Shown one piece after another: positions 1 to 11,798 of a stretch of DNA of 23,546 bases. Numbering within the stretch: the first letter of the stretch is position 1; each line of letters begins with the position of its first letter. Under the pieces are notes generated by a model. That model made no database searches. It saw only the letters and a list, made by a program, of their open reading frames with translations, and was not told the DNA's origin. The position numbers and the translations under genes were made by a program. Origin of the DNA: Chiloscyllium plagiosum (Eukaryota); contig NC_057719.1 of the NCBI RefSeq assembly GCF_004010195.1, positions 31,018,294 to 31,041,839 on the forward strand, written 5' to 3'.

Positions 1-509
1 CCAACAACTTGCCCATTCAGCTCAACTTTCCGAAACATAAATCCAAAATGCACCACATTAAATCTAGCCACGTGAAGGCAAAGACAGGCATATAATAACA
101 AGAAAAGGCACACAGTTATTCTTTGCTTTGCTGAATTGAGCCTACTCAGAGGCAGTTTTCACATTTTTCTCGTGTGAACTGCAAATTAGTTCCACTTCCT
201 TGCATACTTAAATTTCTTTTTCATTTAAAAAAAAGTTAGAGTTATAATTCACTTCAATATGGATATCTGAGATGACAACAGTAGTGGGTAACCAAGGTGT
301 AAGACTTGGACAACTTGACAATTGCTCACAAAAATATTTGATATTGTTCTTCATCTATTACAATAGGGAATAAAAAAGGAGTTGGCTAAAGGAATTCCAT
401 AAAAGAAGCATGAGGCACAACCTCTTGAATTGCCAGAAACAGTCCCACAGCCAAATCACACTCCCAGCTTCCTTGTTTTTGTGTACATTTTAAAGTCAAA
501 CATGAAGGC

Positions 510-828
510 AAACACGTAATTAATCCAGAGGCCCAGGTAATGTTCTAGGGACCAGAGTTGAAATACTGCCACAGTGGATGGTAGAATTTAAATGCAATTA
601 AGCATCTAATGATGACTGTGAATCCATTACCAATTGTTGGGAAAACCCATCTGGCTCACTAATGTCCTTTAGGGAATGAAACTACCACCCTTACATGGTC
701 TGGCATACATGTGACTCCGGACCCACAGCAACGTGGATGACTCTTAACGCCTCTCCCTAATTGTCCAGAGGAGAGCTAAATGCTGGCCTAGCCAGCAACT
801 CCCACATCATATGAATGAATTAAAAAAG
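510..828 (+). mobile_element. Old SINE-like retroposon with an L2-type 3' tail
   Basis: Internal block (AAACCCATCTGGCTCACTAATGTCCTTTAGGGAA...GTGACTCCGGACCCACAGCAA) resembles a common shark SINE. It ends TAAATGCTGGCCTAGCCAGC...CCCACATCATATGAATGAATTAAAAAA, and this tail resembles the reverse complement of the LINE end at ~22885. Family name not certain. Confidence 0.65.
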
Positions 829-2200
829 AGAAAACTCTCTTACGTCACCTAAAAATGGTTCTCCGTGCAAACTGCAGCTCAACTTAGTGTTGTACAACTC
901 AATAGTTTCCAATACACAATGCAAGTTCAAAATGATAAAACAAAAGCATAACATTGTGTACTTGGACTTTAAACTGCATTCATTTTATTGATGTTAATTT
1001 TTAAATAAAAATAATCCTTTACAAATAAAACCAGACACCATTTTAACAAAAGTTACAAACTTTTTTTGTGGTAGAGAGATTTGAAAAGTATAAACATATT
1101 ACAGCCACCAGATCTTGATATGTACCAGTAGAATCTTTCAAAGTAAAATGCATTTGATTTTAATTTTAAATATGAAGCACTTTTTGTGTTACAATACTTG
1201 GTTTTTGTCATACAACAAACTTACCATTGTAATGAAAGCGAGCTGCAGTATTTAGCATTCAAGACGAGCATTTGAACCATTCAGGTAAATAGAATGGAGT
1301 TGTCATTGATGATCGTTCCTTTCCTCCAAAGCCGTCTGTCTCCCTAAACATTATTGACTTCTAATTACAACATAATGCTAGGCAGATTCTGTTACTTGAA
1401 ACTTTCTTATGGCTGCCTTTTCACCATTATTGCCCATTTGAAAATCTAATGTGAAAAGTTTGAATTAATGCTCCAGATCTCGTTTAACAGCAGCTACAAA
1501 CTAAATTTTCAATATATTAGACTTTAGGCCATGAATCCAAATTTAATCAATCCAACGAATATGTGCTTGCGTTAAATAAGACTTTTACGATTTATCAAAT
1601 AAGGACTGTATTTGAACATTCTTCCGGCAGTTATATGGCCTTTAAAAAGGTAAACAAAAAGTTCGCACTTTTTAACATGTATAATTCGCTTTGTGGCGTG
1701 GTTTCATTCATACTTCTAAATATAAACGCAGACAACAACAAAAAAGACGGCTCATGCACTCACACTTAATTTCACAATCAAATATTCTAACTTTCAATAG
1801 TCAAACCTGTCAACTGAGTTATCCATAACATGAGGGTCTTAGGCCTGTTACAAGAAGATCTCCGACACAAGTAGCGACTATACTTAATTTTAAATTACTA
1901 CATGCGAGATGTAAAATAATATGTAAGCAAACGTACCTGATATAATTACGATAATAACCAGCTCAGCGGAAGATGGGCTGAGAAATTTCCCAAAACCTAT
2001 TAAACACAAATACAAAACAGGTGGGGGTGTGCGTAACTTCCGGTTCTGATCATTATATTTTCGAAACAGCATCCAAACGATATCTGACTGGAAAAGCATA
2101 AAATACCGTATATGTTTAAAATTACAACACCCTCACAGCTGTCCATGTGTATGATCTATTTCTTTACAATTATTGTCAAACATTGAACACCAGCTAACAT

Positions 2201-2274
2201 TGGGATATGTAGTTTACCTCGCCGCCGCATCGACTTCTCAACGGCTTTGTTTCAAACTACAATTCCCATCGTGC
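2201..2274. promoter_or_regulatory. Two divergently oriented ZNF143/THAP11 (ACTACAnnTCCCA) motifs
   Basis: + strand AAACTACAATTCCCATCGTGC at 2254-2274; - strand AAACTACATATCCCA at 2215-2201. Confidence 0.8.
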
Positions 2275-2420
2275 TTCAAAGCAGCAGCGCCACCAAGAGA
2301 GTGGAGGAGAATAGCGTCCGGGTTGGAGGTTTGATCTCTCTTCACCATGGAAGCGTTCGGTCGCGAAGCGGGTTCGTTTTGTTCACGTGACTTGGCTTGC
2401 CTAGTTACGGCCATTTTGTT
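2218..2420 (-). other. Candidate non-coding first exon of a divergent gene (probably KLHL28)
   Basis: The - strand donor GAG|GTAAAC (GT at 2217-2216) lies at the CpG-island edge, and a YY1 motif (CAAAATGGCCG) is oriented on the - strand. KLHL28 is head-to-head with TOGARAM1 in mammals. No KLHL28 coding sequence is in the window, and the 5' boundary is a guess. Confidence 0.45.
2383..2418. promoter_or_regulatory. E-box (TCACGTGAC), RFX X-box-like site and YY1 motif cluster
   Basis: TCACGTGAC at 2383-2391; CTTGCCTAGTTAC at 2396-2408 (reverse complement GTAACTAGGCAAG, one mismatch to an X-box); CGGCCATTTTG at 2408-2418. Confidence 0.6.
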
Positions 2421-2509
2421 GGGAGTTTTTTTCAAACCCCGGATTGTGAGAAAGAGATAGAGAACGCGAGCGGCCAGGCGCTATTGCGCGCGTCTCTGCA
2501 TCTGTATGA

Positions 2510-2534
2510 GTGTGCGCGCGCGCGTGCGTGCGCG
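2510..2534. repeat. Alternating purine-pyrimidine (CG/TG) tract; NRF1-like and Z-DNA-prone
   Basis: GTGTGCGCGCGCGCGTGCGTGCGCG, 25 bp, strictly alternating. Confidence 0.7.
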
Positions 2535-2677
2535 GTGTGGGAGGGAGTCGGGGGTTGGGAAACAGCCTGTTATGAGGGAAAGGCAGTGAGGTGGTGCGGT
2601 GCTGCCGGTACCGGCGGCCCAGAGGTGAACGCTGTGATTATTGTAAATAAAGGGTAAATGTCATGTAAACGATTGAA

Positions 2678-2685
2678 TGACGTCA
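2678..2685. promoter_or_regulatory. Palindromic CRE (TGACGTCA)
   Basis: Exact consensus about 90 bp upstream of the first ATG. Confidence 0.6.
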
Positions 2686-2769
2686 GAGAGGAAGGGATGA
2701 AGCCCTGGAGACGGCGGCGTTTACAGTCGCTGAAGGCGCTCGGCCGGCTGCCGCTTTCCGGCAGCTTTG

Positions 2770-4791
2770 ATGGCAGGTTCGGTTGCCAAGTTGGTGCGGC
2801 CGGTGTTTGCTAAGCACGATCAGCATCGCCTCTCGACTGGTGACCGGAGTGAACTTTACGAGCGGCGGGGTGGCGGCCTCTTCTCCTGCAGGAGCAGCGA
2901 CACTCGGGATGCCGTGATGTCAGTCAGGGGGAACGGCAGCCCAGCAGCTGCGGCGCCGTCCAACATGGAAGAAGATGTGATCCTCCAGCAACTCCGCAAC
3001 CAGTCTTCGCACAAGCGCAGCGAAGGACTTAGGGCCCTCCGTGCCAACATCAGGCAAAACGCAGGGAAGTTAATGTTTAGTAATAAGGACGCTCTCTTCT
3101 CAAGTTTAAACGAAGTTCTCCTGGACGGCAGAAGGGAAATCAAAATCTCGTGTATTCAGCTCATATCGGAAATTATCCAAGGATCAGATTCAGATCTGGG
3201 TTACTGTAGGACTACCGTGTTGCCCAAACTTATATGGAGTCTGCGGGACGACAACCCAACTGTGCGCAAAGAACTCGTGCAAACTTTGCATGTCTATTTA
3301 AAATGCTCTATCATCTCGAAGGAAGTATTTTGTGCTTTGATAGAACATGGGCTGGAAAGCCACGATCCTGATGTTAGGAAGGCGACGACTATAATTTTAC
3401 CCATTTTGCTCACTAAGGAATTGAACAACGATAGCCTATTCGACGTGACCCTTTGTTTAGCTAAAAAACTAAATGGCGATAGCACGGATGACCCGTTCTC
3501 AGCATTCGCAACCATGGGGCATATAAAACATCATATCGGAGAAGAAGAATTTAACTCGTATTTAAAACGTTTGCCACCGTCTCTTAGAAGAGAGTATAAC
3601 AAACTAATGGAAATAAGGTTTGAGCCTCAGGCCAAGTTAAATGGGAGTAACGTTCCTCAGGCGGAACAAAATAAAACATTTAAGACAAATTCGGGATTTC
3701 GTAGCAGGACAATCGGCAGTTTTGAAGATGTCTCCCAATTTTCTGAGCCAATTTCCAAGGATCATAATCTGGAATTTCGAATAATTCCACAGGAGTTGTA
3801 TGTCCGACTTCTAGACCGAGAAGATTATAAAAGTAGAACGCATGCTGTTGAAGAACTGAAGAATGTTGTTGATGATTTTAATTTTATGACAGTGCCTACT
3901 ACATCCGTTTTAGGTTTTATTGGCTTTTTATGCACTTTGCTAGATGACTCAAATTTTAAAGTTGTTCACGGTACATTGGAAATCATCAACTTGCTAGTCG
4001 TTAAACTAAATCATGGTGTGGTAAATTATCTCAAGCCTATTACATCTGCAACAATAAAAGTATTAGGTGACAATAAAGTTGTCACTAAACAGGAGTATAT
4101 GAAAGTCTTTATGGGTTTAATGAAGCAAGTTGGTCCTCAAAAAGTGCTTGATATGCTGCTTGACAATATAAAACACAAAAATTCTAGAGTAAGGGAAGAA
4201 ATATTAAATATTATAATTGCTTCACTTTTGACTTATCCAAGTGAAGACTTTAATTTGCCCAGTCTTTGTCATATTGTCGCACCAGCATTGACTGACTCTA
4301 AGAGAAAGATCCGCCATGCAGCCTTAGAGGCTTTTGCTATGTTAGCTTCATCTCTTGGTTCTAACAAAGCATTTTTGGTTAAGGCAGTGGATACAGTGGA
4401 GTTACAGGAAGACGGAGATGGTGTGATGGCTGCTGTGCAAGCCAGACTAGCGAGAAGGACCTTGCCAAAATTAACTCCACAAGGACTTGTGGAATATGCA
4501 ATACCTATGCCTTCTTCTGCTCATGGTAGAGGGATGCAGATGCCATTAGGAGCAGATACTGAGTGGCTACTGGCTAGTGGAAGAACCCAGAGTGCACACA
4601 GTTACCATGGTGAACATGAAACTCATCCTTTGTGCTATGGATCACCAAGCCCCAATACTGATGAATATACCTCATTCAGAAGAGTATTAAGTGCTGGTCG
4701 AGGGAAGAACAAATTACCGTGGGAGCATGCAAGCTCAGTTACCAGGGCACCTGGTCAGACTAGGTTTTCAAACACGGCTCCTGCAGAACAG
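2770..4791 (+). CDS. TOGARAM1: TOG array regulator of axonemal microtubules 1 (FAM179B/Crescerin-1), first coding exon: TOG1, TOG2 and start of the linker
   Basis: 674 uninterrupted codons from ATG 2770. HEAT-repeat TOG1 (SLRDDNPTVRKE, GLESHDPDVR, RLPPSLRREYN) and TOG2 (IIPQELYVRLLDREDYKSRTHAVEELK, LLDDSNFKVVHGTLE, KHKNSRVREE, ARLARRTLPKLT) match vertebrate TOGARAM1 as I recall it. Ends at phase-0 donor CAG|GTAAGA (GT at 4792-4793). The true start could be 2917 or 2965. Confidence 0.95.
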
Positions 4792-5214
4792 GTAAGATTT
4801 GGAGCATGCAAATTCAGTTAGCAGTAAAGGAGCTGCTAATATGAAAGCTGAATTATATAATTTTGATTTTATTGCGTTAATAACATGACATGACATTAAT
4901 AAAGTGTCTTTTATCTTCCAAAGCAGTGCAAGTGGACTCAAATCATTAGTGTGAAATTTTGCAATGCTTTAAAAGTGATGATTTTGGGAGCATATGATTG
5001 AAATCCTTGTATCCTACAGAGTCATGGATACACTGTTCTTGGTATCTGCCAATACTGTTGTCAGAGGTTGGATGCAAGTAGCATGGAGATGAACTCTGCC
5101 AGTTTGTTATCATCTCTTCATGGCAGAAATGAGTTCAAAGTCGAGTTCACATCTCACGACTACGTTGTGCTGCAATCTGTTGCACCACTGTGCTGTTCAA
5201 GCACTGCAACTTTG

Positions 5215-5840
5215 AATTCATTCGAGTTTCGAAGAATGAAAGGGGACCTTATTGAAACATACGAGATTCTTAGGGGGCATGTCTGAGTAGCTTATTTTCC
5301 CCTGTGGGGAGAATCTCAGACCAGAGAGCATAATCTAACAGTAAAGGGTCATCCTTTTAAGACAGATGAGAGATTTCTTCTGAGGATAGTGACATTGTGG
5401 AATTCTTTACCGGGGGCACGTGACTTAGTGGTTAGTACTGCTGCCTTACAGCGCCAGGGACCTAGGTTAGGTAATAGCCTTGGGTGGCTTTGTGGAGTTT
5501 GCACATTCTCCCAGTGTCTGCGTCTGTTTCCTCCAGGTGCTCCAATTTCCTCCCATAGTCCAAAGACGTGTAAGTTTGGTGAATTTGCCTTGCTAAATTG
5601 TCCACTGTTCAGGAATGTGTAGGCTGGGTGCATTAATCAGGGATAAATGTAGAGGAATGGTTTTGGGAACGTTACTCTTCGGAGGGTTGGTGTGGATTTG
5701 TTGGGCCGAAAGGCCTGTTTCCACACTGGAGGGATTCTATGATGAATCTGTGATTCAGATCAGCCATGATCTTGTTGAGCGGCAGAGCAGATTCAGTGAG
5801 CTGCAAATTCTACTGCCGTTCTGCATCTTATGATTGATTG
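5215..5840 (+). mobile_element. CR1 LINE 3' fragment interrupted by a SINE
   Basis: FEFRRMKGDLIETYEILRG...WNSL is the CR1 ORF2 C-terminus. The 3' UTR (GATCAGCCATGATCTTGTTGA) resumes after ~5750. Confidence 0.85.
5412..5743 (+). mobile_element. HE1-type tRNA-derived V-SINE
   Basis: tRNA-like head, V-domain TGTGGAGTTTGCACATTCTCC..., CR1-like tail GGGCCGAAAGGCCTGTTTCC...GATTCTATGAT. Confidence 0.85.
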
Positions 5841-5919
5841 CTTTATCCTAGGCTTGAACAAATACAATTATAACTGATTTTAATTTGTCAAAATTGCTTA
5901 TGGCAATCAATTCATTTAA

Positions 5920-7030
5920 CATAGTTAGAACATAAGAATTAGGAGCAGGAGTAGGCTGTCCGGCACTTTGAGCCTGTTCTGCCACTCAATAAGATCATGG
6001 CTACCCTTTTTGTGGACTCGGCTCCACATACCCGCATTTTCACCATATTCCTTAACTCCTTTACTTTTCAAAAAAGTATCTACCTTAGCCTTAAAAGTGA
6101 TTACTGAAGTAGCATCAACTACTTCCCTGGCCAAGAAATTCCATAGATTAACAACCCTCTGGGTGAAGAAGTTCCTTCTCAGTTCAGTTCTCAACCTGCT
6201 TCCTCTAATTTTGAAGCCATGCCCTCTTGTCCTAGTTTTACCTACCAGTGGAAACACTTCTATTTTATCAATTTCCTTCATAATTTTATATGTTTCTTTG
6301 GGATTATATTCTTTGGGAGGAATCTTAATCTACTCAGCCTCTCCTCATGAGCCAACCCCCTCAACTCCAGAATCAACCTAGTCGACCTCCTCTGCACCCC
6401 TTCCAGTGCCTGTACATTCTTTCTTAAGTAAGGAGAGCAAATCTGCACACACTACTCCAGATATGGCCTCACCAACACCTTGTCCGGCTGTAACATTACC
6501 TCTGCTTTTAAACTCAACCCCTTTAGCAATGAAGGACAAAATTCCATTTGCCTTCCTAATTACGTATTGTACCTGCAGACCAACCTTCTGCGATTCATAC
6601 ACAAGGACACCCAGGTCCCTCTGTAAATCAGCATGCTGCAACTTTTTACCATTCAAATAAGAATCTATTTTGCTGTTACTCCTACCAAAATGTATGACTT
6701 CACATTTACTAATATTGTATTCCATCTGGCAGACCTTTGCCCACTCACTCAATGTATCTATGCTCCTCTGCAAAGTTTCACAGTCCTCTGCACACATTGC
6801 TCTGCCATTCATCTTAGTGTCATTGGCAACATTTGACACCGTACATGTGGTTCCCAACTCCAAATCATCTATAAGTTGTAAATAAATGTGGTCCCAACAC
6901 CTGATCCCTGAAGCACATCACTCGTCACTGATTGCCAGCCAGAATATCAGTCATTGATCCCCACTGTTTGCTTCCTGTCAGTCAACCAATCCTCTATCCA
7001 AGCTAATACTCTACCCCTACACCATGCAAC
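5920..7030 (-). mobile_element. CR1 LINE 3' portion (RT C-terminus and 3' UTR), degenerate
   Basis: ANDTK, WAKVCQMEYNISKCEVIHFG, QRDLGVLV, RRNFFTQRVVNLWN; 3' tail near 5920-5960. Confidence 0.92.
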
Positions 7031-8301
7031 CTTGTCTTGTCTTGTAAAATTCATAATGAAAACTTCCAGCTGCTGAACAGTTTCTGTACAGCAATAGCTT
7101 TTCAATTCCTATGTACGATTTTGGACAGGCCATATGGCCAAATTACCTCAGCACCAGGTAATTATCAGGTTTTGAGCTTGCAAGCTTCAGCTTGTAGCTA
7201 CACCTACTAGGAAATCTGCTGTCATTGTTATATCATGCTCATCTGTTGTGCTCCATTCTTGTGCATCCGTTGTAGCTCGTCTGTTGTCAGTCTATCTGTA
7301 ATTCACCTGTACCTAGGCTGACCCTTCCTGCTTTCTGCTGCCCTCCAATTTGTCTTCAAGAAGAGATCTATGTAGCTTTTCAGCTCTGATCAAAAGACCA
7401 AAGCGTTGTTGTTTATTTTTCTTCTCTTGCAATTTCAAATACATCTTAGTTTTATTTTTCCATTGTAGCCAGGGTATCTAGTGTAAAAACAGAAAATAAT
7501 GATGAAGCCCAAAGTTCTGATTTCGTTAATGATATATGGTGAAATGCTTCCATTTTGTATATGTACTCATAAACAGAAGAAAGTAAATGTAGTTGAGTGA
7601 TTATTAATTTTTTCAAATTTGCATATACTCGTGTAGGGACTTGTTGTTCTTGTCTTGAAAGATGCCTATGACCCTTACTAAAAGCAACTAGTCAAGTTGT
7701 AAACACTTCACTGTAAACATATTGTGTGGTTCCATTGAGTATGAAGTTAAAAGGCATTTTTCAAGAAAGACCAGGTTCACAGAAAACCATTGTCTTTCTT
7801 ATTGATTTTAGTACTTGCAAATAGATATTGGTGATGTCTCACCACTTTTTAAGAACAGGAGAAACTGCCAGTTATCAATCCACTTAGATTAGAGGTTTTT
7901 CTGGATAAATAAAATGTTTATTCTTTGCTGAATTACATTTTTATTTTTATATAAATTTGAATAGTTTTCTTCTTATATCTGATGTTACTTCATTGGGTCA
8001 AATCTAAATCTATCTGTCTTGATAGACAACTGGGTAAAGAAAAAGTATGGGAAGAACCTATGTGACCTGGCTTTGTTGCATTAGCAGTTGGGCAATCTAG
8101 AATGGGACTCTGTTCCTCTGTTGCAGATGGAGATTAATAGTCCTGCTTGTTGGATAGCCACATAGACATACTTCTTCAATGATAACGTGTCTTGACATGA
8201 CATAACATTTTACAGTATATGACTGAAAGACTTTCTGATGTTGCACTGTATCACAAGTTGGTGCCTACAAAAGAGGACAGGAAAAAATTGGGAGGATACA
8301 A

Positions 8302-8752
8302 ATGGAGTCAAACAGCAAGGAAACAAAGCCTTCAGTCCAACCAGTCGTTGCTGAACTTAATCCCAAACTAAACTAGTCCCACCTCATAGAGTCCTGACAG
8401 TGTGGTTGCAGGCCATTTGTAGTATCAAGTCCACACCAATCCTTTGCAGAGGAGCATCCCACCCAATCTCTGTATTTCCCATGGTCAACTGAGCTAGCCT
8501 GTAAATCCCTGGACACGATGGGTAAGTTAGCATAGCCAATCCACCTAGCCGCCACATCTTTGTATTGTGGGAGAAAACTGAAGCACCTGGAGGAAACCCA
8601 CGCAGACGTGGAGAGAACGTGCACACTTCACACAGATGGTTGCCTGAGGCTGGAATTGAACCTGGGTCCCTAGTCTTGTAAGGCAGCAGTGCTAACCGCT
8701 GAACCACCTTCCTGCTTCTAGCCCATATCCCTCCAAACCTTTCCTATTCGTG
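8302..8752 (-). mobile_element. CR1 3' tail fragment hosting a SINE
   Basis: CCCATATCCCTCCAAACCTTTCCTATTC and GGAAACAAAGCCTTCAGTCCAAC flank the SINE and join into a CR1 3' end. CCACCT occurs on both sides (8379-8384, 8704-8709). Confidence 0.7.
8385..8708 (-). mobile_element. HE1-type V-SINE (antisense)
   Basis: Reverse complement shows an A/B-box head (GGTTAGCACTGCTGCC...GGTTCAATTCC) and the V-domain. Confidence 0.88.
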
Positions 8753-9654
8753 AAAATCGTTGCTAGAATAATTTCAGACTGTTTACAATAATTCTTGTGT
8801 ATAAACTTATTGGCTTTTATTATGTCTCAATCTTCATTCATTTATTTGGATTTATGTATTTTCACCTGAGTTAGTCCTGTGTTGGGCTCACCTCGCTACA
8901 GTGAGTTTCCTTTCATTTTACTGTGCTGCCTTCAAAACTGTAAACAGTGAGGCTTCGAAACCATCAGAGGCACACAACTTCATTTGAAGAGATGTTTTTG
9001 TTTCATGGTTCTCAAAGCAAACCAACACTACAATAAAAGTCGATACTTAGCTGGGAAGCTGGACTCTGTACACGCTGCCATTTTGATTCATCCATCTGAA
9101 ACTATGGGCTGCGGTTTAGGCAAACAGTGAACGTTCACATTGCTGGACTTGGGAACCTTTTCTGACATTTGGGAAGGTTAATAGCCAGAAACACTTACAC
9201 TTGAGTCTTCTGAATGTGGGGAGAGACTGGCCACCATAATTGCTGCATCAAAATCCAAAGTCCATCCGAACATAACTAGTATGAATTCAGAACATAGGAA
9301 GTAATATTGAAATAAATGTGCAGGTGTAAATTTTTAAATAGTTTATGAATAAACTTTAGTCCAGTGCAAATTTCCTGTTGGCTAATTTATAAAGCCACAG
9401 TGGCATTAAGCTGTGTAAAGCTCTGCAGTTCTCTCTAAGCACTGTAAAAGTTCCAAATAAAAGTGACTGTGGTACAAAACTAAGCAAGAGCAAAGTTACT
9501 CTTGTTGAAAATTCTACTGCAACAATTACAAGTAACAACTTTTCAAAACAGTTTGCTTCTGGCTGTCAGGAATGTATTTATTGTAAAATGCTAATAACAG
9601 AGAACTCTAATTTTGTCCACAGCTGTCACTTTTCTCAAATAAAAGTATAATCCT

Positions 9655-9746
9655 GAAATAAAAATATAGTGCTACCAGCATCTGTGGGGAGAGGAACAGG
9701 GTTAATGTTTTGTGTCTAATGTGACACTTTCTCAGAACTAGTTCTG
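9655..9746 (-). mobile_element. Penelope-derived short repeat with a degenerate hammerhead motif
   Basis: - strand CTGAGAAA-GTGTC-ACATTA-GACAC-AAAACATTAAC, then ...CAGATGCTGG. Ends in the palindrome CAGAACTAGTTCTG (9733-9746). Confidence 0.55.
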
Positions 9747-9776
9747 CTAGAATTATCTCCCAAATTATCCCAAAAT

Positions 9777-10122
9777 TGGATGGCATGGTGGCTCAGTAGT
9801 TAGCAGTGCTGCTCACAGCATGAGGAACATGGGTTCGATTCCATCCTCGGGTGACTGTGTGGAGTTTGCATGTTCTCACTGTGTCTGCATGTGTTTCCTC
9901 AAGGTGCTCCAGTTTCCTCTCACAATCCAAAGATGTGCAGGTTTGGTGAATTGACCATGCTAAATTGCCCATAGTGTTCAGAGATATATAGGTTAGGTGC
10001 ATTGATCAGGGGTAAATATAGGATAATGGGGTAGGAGAGTTGGTCTGAGTGGGTTACTGTTTGGCGGGTTGGTGTGGACTTATTGGGCCGAAGGGCCTGT
10101 TTCCACACTGTAGGGATTCTAC
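9777..10122 (+). mobile_element. HE1-type V-SINE
   Basis: TGGCTCAGTAGTTAGC (A box), GGTTCGATTCC (B box), V-domain, and tail TGGGCCGAAGGGCCTGTTTCCACACTGTAGGGATTCTA. Confidence 0.92.
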
Positions 10123-10843
10123 GATTATCTTGACAATACTATTTCTTACCCTGTTTCCTGAAAGATCTCCATTCTATTCTCCTAGTTTCTCCGTTTCTAA
10201 ATCGCATCCAAATTTAGGCCGTGGCACACCTGTCACTGAACGCCTCCGCATCTCATTCGAGTCTCGATACCATATCAGCAATCACGTTTTCGCGACCTGC
10301 TACATGCACAATTGTCAAATTGAATGGTTGCAACAACAAGCTCCATCGAAACAGTCTGGCATTTTTGTCCTTAGCATTGTTGCTCATAATATAAACACTG
10401 AAATGTTGTAATGCCAATACCAGGCTTAAAGTCTCTTTCTCCACCTTTGAATATTTCTGTTGATGAACATTCAACTTTCTGGAAAAACACCCGATGGGTC
10501 TTTCTATTCCCTCGTCATCCTCCTGCAGGAGCACTGCGCCGACACCCGCATCACTGGCATCGATAGCCACCTTGAAAGGCTTCGTGTACACAGGTGTGGC
10601 TAATACTGGGTCAGTAGTTAACACAGTTTTTAGGCTGTCAAACGTTTCTGACAGTCTGCTGTCCAATGAAACTTCTTGTCCTTTTTTTAACAATTCGGTG
10701 AGTGGAGCAGCCACACTGCTAAAATTCGGCACAAACCTCCAGTAAAGTTCACTCAATCCCAGGAACTGTCGTACTGCTCTTTTCATTGACGTTGTGGGAA
10801 ATTCCTCCATTACTTTCGTCTTCGCCTCCCGTGGGGCCAATTT

Positions 10844-11457
10844 AAGACCATAAGACCATAAGACATAGGAGTGGAAGTAAGGCCAGTCGGCCTATCGAGT
10901 CCACTCCGCCATTCAATCATGGCTGATGCGCATTTCAGCTACACTTACCAGCGTTCTCCCCGTAGCACTTACTTCCTCTAGACAACAAGAATCTATCAAT
11001 CTCGGCCTTCCACTGCACTCCATGGCAATGAATTCCACAGGCCCACCACACTCTGGCTGAAGAAATGTCTCCGCATTTCTGTTCTGAAATGACCCCCTCT
11101 AATTCTAAGGCTGTGTCCACGGGTCCTAGTCTCCTCGTCTAACGGAAACAATTTCCTAGCATCCACCTTTTCCAAGCCATGTATTATTTTGTACGTCTCT
11201 ATTAAGTCTCCCCTTAATCTTCTAATCTCCAACGAATACAATCCCAGTATCCTCAGCCGTTCCTCATATGTTAGACCTGTCATTCCAGGGATCATCCGTG
11301 TGAATCTCCGCTGGACACGTTCCAGTGCCAGTATGTCCTTCCTGAGGTGTGGGGACCAAAACTGGACACAGTACTCCAAATGGGGCCTAACCAGAGCTTT
11401 ATAAAGTCTTAGTAGTACATCTCTGCTTTTATATTCCAACCCCCTTGAGATAAGAGA
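10844..11457 (-). mobile_element. Young-looking CR1 LINE 3' fragment inserted in the Gmr1-like pol
   Basis: ISRGLEYKSRDVLLRLYKALVRPHLEYCVQFWSP...LRGDLIETYKI...WNSLP, with tail (TCTTATGG)n at 10844-10866. Confidence 0.95.
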
Positions 11458-11798
11458 CTCTTGAGAAAGGAAGACTGAACTCACCAGAAAAAGAGTCCAA
11501 TCTTTGTTTCACCTTCAAATACCAACACCCCTGTTGGGGTCAGGCCCAGGCTGTACTCATTTTCATCTCTTCCCTAATTATGAAAACAGGATTAAAAATT
11601 ACAAAGAAGAAAAGGCAAGTCTGTATCTGTGATGGAAAAGAGTTATCAAAAATGGAATAACATCCCTGAAAAGGTTGATTAGAACACATCCTAACTCCAC
11701 CCAAAATTAAACTCAGCTTAAACTTGAGGAATGTGGAAACTGAATCTTGATTAACAATAAAAGCAGAAAATGCTGGAGAAACACAGCATCTCTGAGAA

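Larger units (their letters stand above)
1960..2960. promoter_or_regulatory. CpG-rich promoter region, probably bidirectional
   Basis: Marked local CpG enrichment against CpG-poor flanks. Clustered ZNF143, YY1, E-box, CRE and ETS motifs. Directly upstream of the TOGARAM1 ATG. Confidence 0.85.

Noticed and set aside
1563..2657. Short ORFs around the promoter (1563, 1890, 2238, 2397)
   Set aside because: Mostly non-ATG starts and no recognisable domains; chance ORFs.
4792..4821. ORF-track extension VRFGACKFS* and TTG start at 2767
   Set aside because: The extension is read-through past a strong splice donor, and the ATG is at 2770.
7380..7410. CTCTGATCAAAAGACCAAAGCGTTG as a hammerhead remnant
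   Set aside because: Core and stem II are too degraded to support the call.
9777..9850. tRNA-like A and B boxes
   Set aside because: These are SINE heads followed by a V-domain and LINE tail, not tRNA genes.
10253..10840. 195-aa RNase H ORF as a domesticated gene
   Set aside because: TTG start, an apparent internal deletion, and contiguity with a heavily decayed retrotransposon.
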